Assembly (NCBI GenBank): GCA_001179505.1
Contig: CDMY01000718.1
Coordinates: 1 to 64,000 of the forward strand
Length of the DNA stretch: 64,000 bases
Direction: 5' to 3'
DNA from: Vitrella brassicaformis CCMP3155
Taxonomy: Eukaryota; Protista; Chromerida
The notes below the pieces were generated by a model. The model was given only the letters and a program-made list of their open reading frames with translations. It was not told where the DNA came from and made no database searches. The number at the start of each line of letters is the position of its first letter. Within the stretch, counting starts at the first letter, position 1. Position numbers and translations under genes: made by a program. Shown piece by piece: positions 48,590-60,834 of this stretch.

Positions 48590-49084
48590 ATGGCTTCTTC
48601 TGCTGCTCGGTCTCAGCCGCAGATGCCGGTCAGTCAAGGCACAGCGCACTCTGTCATTGTGTGTTGTGGGTACGTGATTCACCCGAATGCTTGCTCGTTT
48701 CATCAGCTGGTGTCCCGCCGTGGCCCTCAGAGTTACGAGGAGGGCACTCGGCTGTGGATGGTGTCGGCCGTTGAGACGAGGGGCATGGCGCTGGCCGAGG
48801 TGGTTGACAGAAGGCCGACAGAGGGAGGGACGGTGGTGAACTTGAGAGAAGTGGGCGGCAGGGAGCCGTTCCAGAAGGTCGTGCCGCACAATCAGACCCA
48901 CACACCACCGTATCAGCAACAGGTACAAATGCACAGCGGCAACGTGTCGAGAGGGGAGAGCTTGGTGTGTGTGTGGTCAGGCGTCTGATGGCGACGGGAG
49001 GTTGTTTCGGTGCATCCATCGCGCAGGCGGCGCTGTGAGTTCGGGCGAGACCAACACAGAAGCGCAGCCCTCCAAAAGCGTAAG

Positions 49085-49122
<38 letters not shown>

Positions 49123-51410
49123 TGGACCAGCTCGTGCCTGTGTCTGTCTGTCTGACCAGGTGTGTGTTGGTGATGGCCACAAGCGAGCACGTGTGGCTGC
49201 CAGCCCGGCTGCTGCTGCTGCTGGTGCTGTGGAGGACGGCGATGCAGAGCAGCAACAGCGCATAGAAACGGTGAGACCGGCCAGAGGGAATACGCTGAGA
49301 ATGGCTGACAGACTCACCCATCCCTGCCTGCCTCCCTACCTCTCTGTGTGTGTGTGTTGTGCAGATTTGTTCGTTGGTGATGGAGTTCCTTCCCCTTCAT
49401 GTGCTCATCCCCCTCTCCCAGCGGCTGGCCAGGAGCACCAAGCAGATGTGGGCAAAGGCGGCCCCCAGCCACACACGACTCTTCATCGACTGTGCCACCA
49501 AGGGCGACGAGCACTGCTGGCGATCGCCGACCGAGGGCCGCACCTTTTGGCAGAAGATCCCTCTCGACCTCGTCAAGCAGATGGCGGCACGGCTCACCGG
49601 CCTCACCCATATCACCCTCTGCCACCCTGAGCATCACCCCATGTGGTGTGCTGATGTCTTGGTGACCATCATCGAGACCACAGCCACGCCACCCGCCCCC
49701 ACTCAGCCGCTCCCCAACACCGGCCAGCCCGCCACCCAGAGGCCCTCCGAGGTGCGACAGTCGGCCAGCCGCCTGGAGATCATCGCCTTCGAAACGATGC
49801 AGCTGGGTGCGGCGGTGGAGCTGCAGCTGGAGCGGCAGCGTCCCCCTCTCCCTCCTCGCCTCACCGAGTCCCCCAGCCTCTCGTCGCTCACTACCATCAC
49901 TGGCCTCCTCGACAACCATCGTTGCCTGGCCAACAGAGGCTGGCGGATGCCGACACTTGAGCGCGTGGAGCTTCAGGTGAGGTGGCATAATGTGGGCGAG
50001 TTGCGCCGCCTCATCAGCTCGTCACGGTCGCTGCAGCACGTCGGCGGTGATCTGGTGGACGAGGAGTGGGTCCGTGTGTTTGAGCGCATGCCTGAGGCAG
50101 CTGCTGGGCAGAGAGGGCCACTTGCACGCCTGCAAAGTATCGGCACCATCGAGCTGGCCGGCAATTTCTACCACGGCAACCACAACGTTTTCGAATATGC
50201 CCGTGCAAAGGTCGACAGACTGCAGGTAATTCATCAGTAATGGTTGACAAGCAAGACAGACCAAGTTTGGATGTGATCTCTCACCAAACGTCTATGCTGT
50301 TCGTGTGTGCTATAGGCTGTGCTCGAATCGCGTGGCTGCCTTGAATCGCTGACTCAGCTGGTGGTGTTGATGAGCCCTCGTCAATCGGCCACCTCTATCA
50401 GAGTGGACAGTCGTGCCCTTCCCCTCTTGCATTCCCTTGAGTCGCTGCACAGCTCGTGCTGCCGACCCGGCGCTGAAGTCGTCTTCGAGGCCATATATGT
50501 CGACAATTTCGATCTCTCGTTGTTCTACAGCGACGACCTTCCCTCCAGCCCCTCCCCCCTCTTCAAGATGGCCATCCAGACACTGGTCCGGCAGGCGGCA
50601 CAGATCAGCTACATCATCAGCCAGCATGCCCTCACCCACCCCGTCGACGACCCCAGCCAGGCGGCCATCGACGTCGCCAAGATACTCACATTCGGCAGGG
50701 CGCGGTACGTGGCGATCCTCAACGCCGATGGCTTCGTTCCCCCTCCTGACACCCTTTCACCCCGCCCCACCCCGCCATCATCGAACACCTGCAACAGTTC
50801 CCAAGGGCCCGAGAGCTGTATGTCGCCAGTGCTGTGGGCGGCGTTATGGCCCGGCTGCTGGCAGAGAAGATGCCGAGCAAGGTGGGGCTCGTGAGGTTTG
50901 GGCGAGATGTGAGCTCGGAGGGCATGATCGGCGTGCTGGAGGGGCTGGAACCAGAGAGGGAGGTGCAGACTGTCTTTGTCGGCCGTGGGGATGATGCGGT
51001 CAGTCTCACTAGGGGCCCATTTGACGGCTGGCGATCGGACGGCTTGCCGTCAATCCACACCATAGCAATGTGGTTGTCAGGTAAGCATGGAGGAATCTGG
51101 CTGGTTCATCTTTTGTGTGCATCGTTGCCGTGTGTGTCTGTCTTATTCCTCAGTCCCCAACAACTTGGAGGCCTCTGGTGCTGCCGAGCGCATCCGCGAC
51201 GGCATCTCATCCATTGTGGATAGCGTGCGAGTGCGAGGCCTGGAGCGTTTAGAGGTGGACGTGCGTGGCAGCGAGCCCGTTTGCGCTGCCATCCGGCAGC
51301 TGCGCAGGGACGTCGGCATTAGCTTCACCATCAACACACACAATAATTGGGGTTTATCAGCGGTCGACACTGCTCAGAGTATTCATCTGACCGCTGTTCG
51401 TCGCTCTTAG
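48590..51410 (+). CDS. Lineage-specific expanded-family protein with F-box-like N-terminal helix
   Basis: In-phase exons MASSAARSQPQMP|LVSRRGPQ...|ASDGDG...|VCVGDG...|ICSLVMEFLPLHVLIPL...RLTGLTHITL...GWRMPTLERV...IGTIELAG...|...FDLSLFYSDDLP... The second half is clearly homologous to 31960-33057. Confidence 0.65.
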
Positions 51411-52356
51411 ATGGTGAGCAGGGGCAGGCAGAGCAGTGCACCCGTCGGCCTCACGCCATGTGTGTGCGTGTGTCTTCCAGGCTGTCTGTCGAGTGCACAT
51501 CAAGACACCACCGTACGTAGCGTTGGCCCCGACAATTGTTGGCTGAATGAATGGATGGATGTTGGCTGGACGGGCGGGGCGGCTGATGCGGCTCGTCCCA
51601 CGTACGCCAAGGCACAGTACAGCAACACTCGCGTCGTGGGCTGACTGACACGTATATGGATGGCGTCAATGTGTGTTCATGTGGGCTGTGTGGGGAGTGG
51701 CCGCCATGGTGCACAAAGCACAACACATTGATGAATGGATTAATGGCGCTAAGGCTGGGGGAGGGAGATCAGGTGTGGGTGTTGGGGAGAGACGGACTTT
51801 TAACGGCCATCTCAGTGGGTACCAGCTCAGAGACGCAATGCTGGCCGGTGATATATCTAAATCATTACTTGCCTGCAATCGTTGCCTTCATTTTATGTTT
51901 TCAGCAGCATCGTTTAAACAATCCATTTAGACATGTACCATGCAGCACCCTGTGTCTGCCTTGGCCAAATGCACCGACTTAACCGAAGTGTCTCACCAAA
52001 GTCCACGAGGATGCCGGCACACTCCCAATCGCATTACCTCCTGCCCTGCCCATCAGAACCAACCCGCCCTCGCATATCCAGTGCTGTGTCTGCAAGTCTG
52101 ACTTCCTCGACGACTTGCAGAGAGGTGTCAGCTCAACTCCCTCACACACGACACACACGGACTTAACCAAAGTGTCTTCATAGAAAGTGACGAGTAGAAG
52201 CCTCGCTGCTCTGCCCATGAGAGCCCGGGCGCCCCTCGTATACCTACGGAGCTATCGCTGATCCCACACTACACCAGCCAGCCAGCCAGGCCCGTCTCAT
52301 GTATTGCCCTGCATGTGACCCCGCCCGCCCCTCCGCCCATGACTGTCTGTGTCTGT

Positions 52357-55109
52357 CTATCCGATGTTCGCCACATTGTTGGTATGGCCAGCTTCATCTT
52401 GGTCTGTTGGCTGCCTGCTGGAGCACACCCACCTGCCGTCGACCATGAACTTGTACATGTACCTGCCGGGCGGCAGCGACAAGGGCAGCACGAAGCAGTT
52501 GTGCTCCCCCGCAGACCAGTACATCGGATATCCGCCATGCCAGCCGTCGAATGAGCCCTTAAGCTCCACCTTGGAGGGACGAGTGTGCGCCGTCGGCACG
52601 TACTTGAAGATGTGATCGATCCTGACACCACCACCATAGGCACACAGCCACGATCTGGCCGCTGCTCTTAGTGCGGTGTGTGCGTCTGTCTCTGTGGGTG
52701 GTTACTTGCTGTCGCCACTCTTCTCTGCTGCAGAGAGGAGCGGTGTGGTCTCCTCATCCGCCGCCACCGCTTTGGCCGTGTCGATGTCCATATCGTCGTC
52801 CCCCTCCATGCTGGACTTGGTGTCGCTCGTGTCCTCCATCGGAGCACAGGCATCCTGCCAACCATGGCACAGGACAGCGAAACAGATCCATACCGTCGGC
52901 GCTCACGCGTACATATCCACAGCCAACCCACCTCTCTCGGGTTTTTGTCTTCTTTTTGGTCGCCACTCGCCGCCTCGTTCGTCACCGTTTGAGGCGCCGC
53001 AGACACTTCCTGCAGACACACACACAAGTGCAGCAACGTATCTGCTGTCTTGCAGCTCCACTTGACGGCTTGGCTCACCTTGGCGTGTTGGCGGGCTTCC
53101 CGGGTCAAATCGGCCAGTGCGGGCAGATGCCAGTGCTGTTGGAGGGATGGTGGAGGGGATGGTGTGCGAGGCTGTGACACACACACACACACACACACAC
53201 ACATCCAGTGTGATCGATTCGGACAGGCGTGCGGGGCAGCTTACCAGTGGTGGTGGGGGTGGTCGGCTTCGCTCCATGAGAGCCGCCATGACGGCATCGA
53301 ACGCCGACATGCGAGTCCACCCCCCGATCGCCCCACGTGTGCGCCCATCACACATCAGCTGCACCAGATGGCCCACCGTGGAGCACCCAGCATCCTTCAG
53401 GCTGTGCATGAAGTCCTTGGCGCCTATGAGACTCTGCTCGCCCCGCGTGTAGTAGTGCAGCCGTCGACCCGCCCGACTGGCAGCGCACCACTGGATGAGA
53501 AACTTCCACTGGGGATCGCCACCAAACACACCGCAGCCCCAGTTGCCTGAACGGCCATACACACACACGCACACACACACGAATGGACGCAGACGAATCA
53601 TGAACAGCCATCATTCCTGTGTGTGTGCGTGGTATCCACTCACCCGTCGCGAAGGGCATACCATCGACGACCGTCAGGCCATTGCTGTGGAACGCCGTGT
53701 GTGCCTTGTTGAGATCACGCACCACAGACGTCTCGTCGTACTGGTGGTTCTTCCTGTGCTTGCCAAAGTTGACGGCATCGAAGGCCACGATGTACTTGCC
53801 CAGGACGGAATGGCCGTTGGTATGTCTCATGGGGGCGGTGTCGTGGGCATGGCCAGCGAAGCTGAGGGTGTCGCGGCCGTAGCCGGTCGTCGTGCTGAAC
53901 GTCCTGGAGCCGACGATCATGAAGGCCTCAGTCGATCCCATGGGTCTGGGAAAGAGGTGCTGGGCGACGAGGCACTCCGGCTCGATGGAAAACAAGATCT
54001 CCTCCTGCACCGCACCTGAAATACTCACACAGACGCAGCAAGCTTGGCAGAGACAGGTCCACATGGATCAGTGCGTGTCTGTGCCTGTCTGTGTCTGTTT
54101 ACCGTTTCCCAGCGTCCCGCCACCGATGTGGGCATTGGCGAAGTCGCCCCTGATGCCCTTCGAGTCGAAGATGGACGCATCCTTCCCAATCATCAAGTGC
54201 ACGTCCATCAGGGGGATTGTCGACCTCGCCCACTCGTCAAGTCCCGCCCCGGGGCCGTCCAGGGCTCGGAAGATGACCACACGCTCTGTCTCGGTGGTCT
54301 TGCCCTGCTTGATCGCCCGCGCCATGGTGTCCAGGTAGTGGATGAAGCACTGCAGCTTGGCCTTGGCAGAGGGTGTCTTGTTGTCGAACAGGCGGTCGAA
54401 GTTGAGGCTGCCCGGGTGGCCGTGCTTGTGCAGACAGAGGAAGTCCGCACCGATGAGGACGAAGCACTGGCGGGCAGTCATGTGTGCCTCCGTGCCGCTG
54501 TAAGAGTGGCTGGACGGGGGCAGCAGGGGGAAGCTGAGGTCGCTCTTGGAGAGGACGTCACACAGGACGGGCAGCGTCTCGTTGATGAAGGTAGAGGTCA
54601 TCACCTTCTCCACGCCATGCAAGCTGCCCCCCCGCCCGCCCATGGCCGACTGCAGCGAGCTCAGCAGACGAGTGACATCCCTGGGCTCCTTTGCGCGTCC
54701 ATAATCCGTCGCATAGTTGGCGAGGATGGCCTTGACGTTGGCAGGTAAGCCGTGATGGGCAGGCGACTGGCGAGACGATGACGAAGACGACCAAAACGAT
54801 GAATGCACCTACACAGCGCAGCCGAGCACAGCAGCTCCAGCCGGACACACCAATTTCACCCAGGCAGCAGTGCCCTCGTGTTCTTGCTTACTCACCGGCT
54901 GTGTGGCTGACGTGTGTCCACCGGGGCCGTACCAGCAGTCACGCGAGAAGTGGTTGGAGTTCTTGTCCTTACACCACTTGCAGAAGTGCGTTGTGTGCTG
55001 CTCCGTGCAGCCAGGGACGCGGCAAGTCATACCAAGCCAATGCTGCACACACACACACGATGGGACAAGTCCAATCGCTGGATGCTGGTAGGGTGGTTGC
55101 TCTCACCAT
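52357..55109 (-). CDS. PARG: Poly(ADP-ribose) glycohydrolase with N-terminal zinc finger and C-terminal CBM48 (AMPK-beta-type glycogen-binding) domain
   Basis: PARG motifs are DFANAHIGGGTLG|GAVQEEILF (GGG-x-QEE), TGYG, IVAFDA, RDLNKAHTAF, ATG|NWGCGVFGGDPQWKFLIQWCAAS. The N-terminus is M|HWLGMTCRVPGCTEQHTTHFCKWCKDKNSNHFSRDC. The last exon (SK|IDHIFKY...VELKGSFDGW...LSLPPGRYMYKFMVDGRW...GHTNNV) is CBM48. The three linker exons join in phase. Confidence 0.85.
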
Positions 55110-55798
55110 GGCTGTGTCCTTTGCAGGGCAGATCAGGAAGTATGGCCCTCTGTGCCTCTTCTCGCTCTCTTCGCTTGGCGGACCAAAGAATGAAGCGCGG
55201 GAGATGGCGAGCGGACCAAGACGGCTCAGCAGCTGAGGAAATGCAGCAGGACAGGCAACAGGCATACCTGCTAATGTATTCCTGTAGGTCGAGACCCATC
55301 TGTGAAACCAGGTGATCCATAATTCCTGTGGCATCCTGTCGGCTTGTCCTGTCCTCGAGAGCGTCGCTGTTTTTTGTTCCCTGCTGGCCTTTGCGTCGTC
55401 TTGGAGACAATCGAGCGATACTCGCGGCGCATTGCTGACCGACCTCTGAAGAGCCGAACACAGCCGAGATCTTTGAGGATCCAAAGGTCTGCAAACAAGG
55501 CGCAGCACAACAGCAACACAGCGTTTTGACATCGTTCTCTTCCTTCATGCTGTGTCAAAAAAGGGCTGCTCCAGATCTGCGAGCTTCAAGTTGCAGATCT
55601 TATCCGACGCCAGTGCAGGGAGGGGTAGACAGGCCGTGTGCATGCTTTGCATGTACATGCTGCTAGTTTAGTGCGTGAGACAACAGGATCCCTCCGGGGT
55701 TACAGACACGAGTCTCGTTAAACACACTAACCAACCAACCGACGCCCAAGAAAACGCCATTCCTCGGCTCGTAAGGCATTCACGGGAAGCAGCGAGTC

Positions 55799-56452
55799 AT
55801 GTTGCAGGTACGCACGGTATATGGGCCCATAACGGACTGCTCGCCAGGATGCATCCTGGACGATTCTCTCTTTTATTGTGCGTGTGACACTGTGCTCAGA
55901 CGAGGGGCTGTCGCGTGCCCGGCTGCAAGACGAAGCACAGGCGGCACTACTGCCGTCTGTGCGGCGACGAGGACAGCGACCACTGGGCCAGCGAGTGCAC
56001 ACACCCCGGGAGCTTTACCCTCTACCACCAGACAGACCTACCGTCTGGTCAGGCCATCGCGTCGGGCCGCAACATGAAGCGGGGAACAGGAGGCATCGTT
56101 GGGGGCGGCATCTACTTGTAAGCAGACGACCGGCCAGGCTGTCTCCGTCTCATCTCCGCCACCGTGTGTGTGTCTCGTCAGTGCGGCGTCTGAGCAGATC
56201 ACCATGGGCAAGGCGCACCATCGAGGCTGCATGATCGAGGCGCGAGTGTACCTGGGCAACATCCTTCAGGTTTCCGCCCTCTGGCCCGGGCAGTACACCT
56301 TTGACAGCCTCACAGGGTCCGGCTACGACTCAGTGCACGTGATAGGCATGCCCACGGGCGATGAGTACATCGTGTATAGTCAGGAGCAGGTCAGGCTGAG
56401 GAAAATTCGTGACATGGCGACAGGCAGAGAGATACCGATCAACCACAAATGA
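55799..56452 (+). CDS. Minimal H-Y-E ADP-ribosyltransferase (PARP/Gig2-like) with N-terminal zinc finger, about 165 aa
   Basis: MLQ|TRGCRVPGCKTKHRRHYCRLCGDEDSDHWASEC, then TLYHQT (H), GIVGGGIY|FA (Y), IEARVYLG, GYDSV and GDEYIVY (catalytic E). Two GT-AG introns. Confidence 0.8.
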
Positions 56453-57122
56453 GACAGGCGGGCAATGGCGTGTGTCGAAGTGAGGGGCTGTGCCGTTTGA
56501 AGTCAGGAAGAGACACGTTTCTGTGCCTTTGCGTTTATTCTATGGGCGAATTTTTTCAAGGACCGGTGGTCAGTTCAAGACATCAGTCGCAAAAGCGTCT
56601 GCAGGTAGCTTTGCTGCCGATAGCTGCAGACGATTGTTTGTGGCACTGGCAGCTATCGGCAGCTGTGGCGGTCATCGATGCTGCTCTGCGACGGATCGAT
56701 GCTTGGTGCCCTTGCCGTGCACCACAGCGATGGGAGAGCGGAGCAGAGCAGAGCAGATGTGGGTGTACACGTCACACGCTCGTCGTGTTTTTTTGTCTTC
56801 CTGCTGGCGGTTTGTCTGATCGCTCGGTGGTGGCTCGGGAGTGAGCCTGGATTCATGGATGCTGGCAGGCTGGCTGGATGGATGATGGATTTCACGGCCT
56901 CATGGATTCCTGTACATGTCTGTTGTTGCATGTTATCGAGGTGAATTGGACTCGTGCAGCCACGTCAATGGTCCTTGCAGTGAAGGCCCAGTCATCATAA
57001 ACACATTGCACACTGAAATGGACCAAAATCTGCCCACTCACACAACGGCCAACACGGTGTGACGCCGAAAGAGGCACTCACACAGCGGGTACACCAATTG
57101 ATGAGGCTCACACCATCACCCA

Positions 57123-59720
57123 TCACGACCCCAGCGCGGCCTTGAATTTGTCCTGCATGCAGCCACACACACACCACACACACACATCCGTCAATGTGTG
57201 TTGTCCTGTGGTGTGTTGTATGTGATAATTGCCTGCAGGTCGGGGAGGCTGATAGCGCCCTTGAAGTTACGGGGGATGTGGTCGATGAGCAGACGGTCGG
57301 GCTTGGAGCCCTTGGAGATCATCTTGCACGCCTCTGTGTGTGGACGAGACAACAATACATAGCCACCCAAATGAACGGATGGGATGTGCGTGTGTGTGAG
57401 ATGGCTTGGTTACTTGCTCTCTGGATGAAGGTCGCTTGGATGTCCTGTTGGCGTGCCTTGGCCTCGTCGGTGGTCAGCTCCAGGCACACACAGCAGTCGT
57501 CCTCATGCTCACTCTGCACCTTCATACCTGACACACACACACACACACACAGATAAACAAGTCCCCCACCTCCCCTCCTCTCTCTCCCTCCCTCCACCCA
57601 CCCCCACGCACCAATGGAGGCGACAGCAACGGCCTTTTCTGGTAGGCCGTATTCTTTGACCACAAAGGCCTTGATCTCCTCGTTGATCTGCTCGCACGCA
57701 TAGTTGGCCCCGCCCTTAATGACCAGCGCCGCATCACGACTCTGCCAGTAGATGTCCTTCGCCCCTCCATCAGCGCTCATCAGCCAGAAGCCGACATCGC
57801 CCAGGTTGGTGTACCAGTTGTCAGCTGTGAAGGGGTGGGTGGGGCTGTTGGCGTAGCCGGTCATGATGTTGCCCCCCCGGCACACCAGCCACCCCGTCTC
57901 GCCCTCGGCACTCTCGACCAGGGGATCGTCCTTGAGGGACTTGACCACCATGACCTCGGTGAATGGGTGGTGGGGGCGGCCGATGTAGTAGCCCTTGTGT
58001 GGCTCGCCCGAAGGGGTCGTGTGCTCCCAGCCTCGACGGAAGGCCGCCACGAGGCCCTCTGGTGTGAGGGAGAGGGGGGTGCCCATCACCTGCAGGCACG
58101 TCTCGGTCGACCCGAAACGGACCGTCGGTAGCTTCCCTTGCAGATGACGCTGCAGCCGACCCACTAAATGACACACACAGACACAGACACAGAGAGAGAC
58201 GGTGTGATGAGTGGTGCCTGCATCGGCTCTGTCGTCAAGTAGGGCACCTGTGGTTGGCCCGACAGGCGCTGATCCAAGCAAAAAGATGACCTGTCTGTGG
58301 CTGAGGGTCTCGCGCAGCTTCTCTTGGCTCACTGGGAGAGCCTGTGCGTCTCCTTCGAACATGCCATCTAGAAAATCGATGTGACGGGACACCATGGGAG
58401 CCACCACCTGACGACAGGCAGCGGACACAGACAAGTGAGGATGGATCCATGTGTTGCGCAGCGGATCGCTGACACATACCTTCCAGTCATTCCCTGTTTC
58501 CTTCAACCGCGCTGATTCGGCCGCATCGCTGAGCACCTTCCAATAAGGGGTGGTGTACCTTTGCCAACGCACACACACACACACACACATGGACACCGGA
58601 TCTCACATCAACCAGACAGACATCTCATCGCCCTTGTGCCTGCCCTCTCTTTGCACCTTTCAACAACGTGCAGCAGTGTGTTTGGTCTGCGTATCGCCCA
58701 GTCGCCCACAGCAGTGGAGTTGGTGTGGTGGAAGGGGTTCACCAGCACCACTGTCAGCAGGGTGCTCGGCGACACCTCCAAGAAGCTCTCAAACGTCTTG
58801 CGATTCACCTCGTAGTTGCTGGATGGACAGAGAACAAGAGCATCTGTCCGTGTCCGTGTGTTGTTCTCTTCTCGCATCGCGTCGCATACTGATAAGTGAG
58901 TCTGGCGCCCTTGGGGTTCCCTGTGGTGCCAGAAGTGAAGATGATCTGCAGCAACCGCATTCAGTCAATCCAGCTGTGTACCCGCTTCGGGCTTCCCATC
59001 TGACCTACCATCCTGTCATCAGCCCCCGTGACGGTGGGGCCGTTGACGCCGTTCGTCACATCACCATTCTGATCCTTTTCCAAGCCATTCAACCCAGACA
59101 AACGATGTACCTGAGCGAAACAGACACACAGGCAGTCGGGCTCCTGTGGGCCAAGAAAGGAGTGATGTGTGTCGTTGTTTACTTTGACACCGTCCATCTG
59201 CTGCAGGGCAGCCACGTCTGCCTCCGCGACGCCCTCATCCACCAGCACCACCTTGCTGCCCGTCGATGATATCTTGTACTTGACACGATCCAAACTGACC
59301 AAAGACGCAGGCACAGACACAGCACGGTGCTCTCCATGTCCCGCTCTCTCAGCTCTGCCCACCTGTCGGCCTGCCAGTTGACAGTGACGGGCACCATGCC
59401 CGTGAGCACCGCGGCGACTCGAAAGACCACATCTTCCATCCTGTTTGCCGTCATGAAGTGGGTCACCCTGTCGCCGTGTGCAATGCCGTAGGACCGCAGC
59501 GTGTGCGCCGCCTGCTGCGCCAGCCGCCATATCGCCCCGCGTGTGTATGACGTGCACAAAAGAGACTTGTCCTGCAGCAGAAACAGACACGAAAACACGA
59601 AATGCAACGGCAGATGGCGGCTTTTTTTCGTGACGCTCACCTCCTGGATTCTCCAATACGAGAGGAAGGGCGTGTCGTGATGGGCCTCTGAAAAGGCCTC
59701 CAGATACTCGGCAGCCATCT
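57123..59720 (-). CDS. Adenylate-forming (AMP-binding) acyl-CoA synthetase-like enzyme, many exons
   Basis: Motifs IIFTSGTTGNPKG (AMP-binding), PFHHTNS, FGSTET, RGGNIMTGY, YTNLGDVG, SRDAALVIKGGANY and IPRNFKG. The last intron is probably GC-AG. Confidence 0.85.
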
Positions 59721-59887
59721 CGCAAATGCAGTCGGGTGACCAAAATCTTTCGAATCTGCAGAGAACTTCAGGGATCAGACTGACGGCAGCAAGATCTGCA
59801 AGATCTGCCCTGGGAGGCACCGAAAAGACGCTGAGCTCGCCTCCGGTCTGAGCTCGCAAACGTGATCCACGCCGTCCCTTGTTCATT

Positions 59888-60834
59888 ATGGTCTCTACGT
59901 CACTCGCAGCCGTCCTCCTCTCGCTGTGCATGTCGATCTCCGCAGCCTTTCAGGTTCTTTCTCCCTCATCAGACCTGCGAGGAGCTCAGACTTCTCTGCA
60001 TGCCTTGACGAAGCGCTCGCGGCGGCGGAAGGTGGACACATCGACGTTCTCCGGTGCGCTGGTGATGCTGCCTCGGAAGGTGCGGCGTGAGCTGCCAAAG
60101 CTGATAGAGGAGACGAGGCAGCTGGAGCTGAGGAGGAAGGAGGAGGAGAGGGAGGCAGATCCGGTCAGCCACGACCCGCAGGTGCCGACCATCTACACGA
60201 TTGCAGAAGCTGGTCAGCCAAACGCACAAACATAACAGAGCCTGGCTCCTCTGTCCCAGCGCGTGTGCGGGTGTATGTGTGTGTGTGGTCTGCTGCCACC
60301 TTTGTTGTGTGATGTGGCTGACCATGCAGGTGACTTGCACAAGGCGGATGGCATCTCCGCGATGCGCGTCAAGTACTGCAGCGATGTGACCGACTTTATT
60401 GTGCTGATGCACGGGCACTCGGTGCCGCAGAACAAGGCCATTGCCAATGCCATAGAGGACGCCATGGCCCGGAAGCATGGCATCGAGGCCAAGAGGAGAG
60501 ACGGCAGTGTTGATGGCGGCTGGCTGGTGCTGGACTACGGCTCCATCCTTGTCAACATAATGACACCGAAGAAGAGGGTAGGGTAACTTATCCCCACGCA
60601 CAATCTCATGGACTGATCCGTCTGAGTCGATTATATGTGTTGATGGCCGAACTGCAGGAGTACTACAATATGGAGGGTCACTGGCGCAAACAAGGCAGCG
60701 AGCCGGTGCCATTGGCACACGTGCTCAGGAGCGATGTGCGCGAGGGGTATTCGACCGGCCGGGACGTCACATACGGCGGGGGCAATCGCCAGCAGCCGTG
60801 GGAAGAGGAGGAGGTGGACCCCTTCTGGTCATGA
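59888..60834 (+). CDS. rsfS: Ribosome silencing factor RsfS/Iojap, plastid-targeted
   Basis: HKADGISAMRV...DFIVLMHG...QNKAIANAI...GWLVLDYGSILVNIMT...R|EYYNMEGHW. The bipartite presequence is MVSTSLAAVLLSLCMSISAA-FQVLSPSS. Confidence 0.9.
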
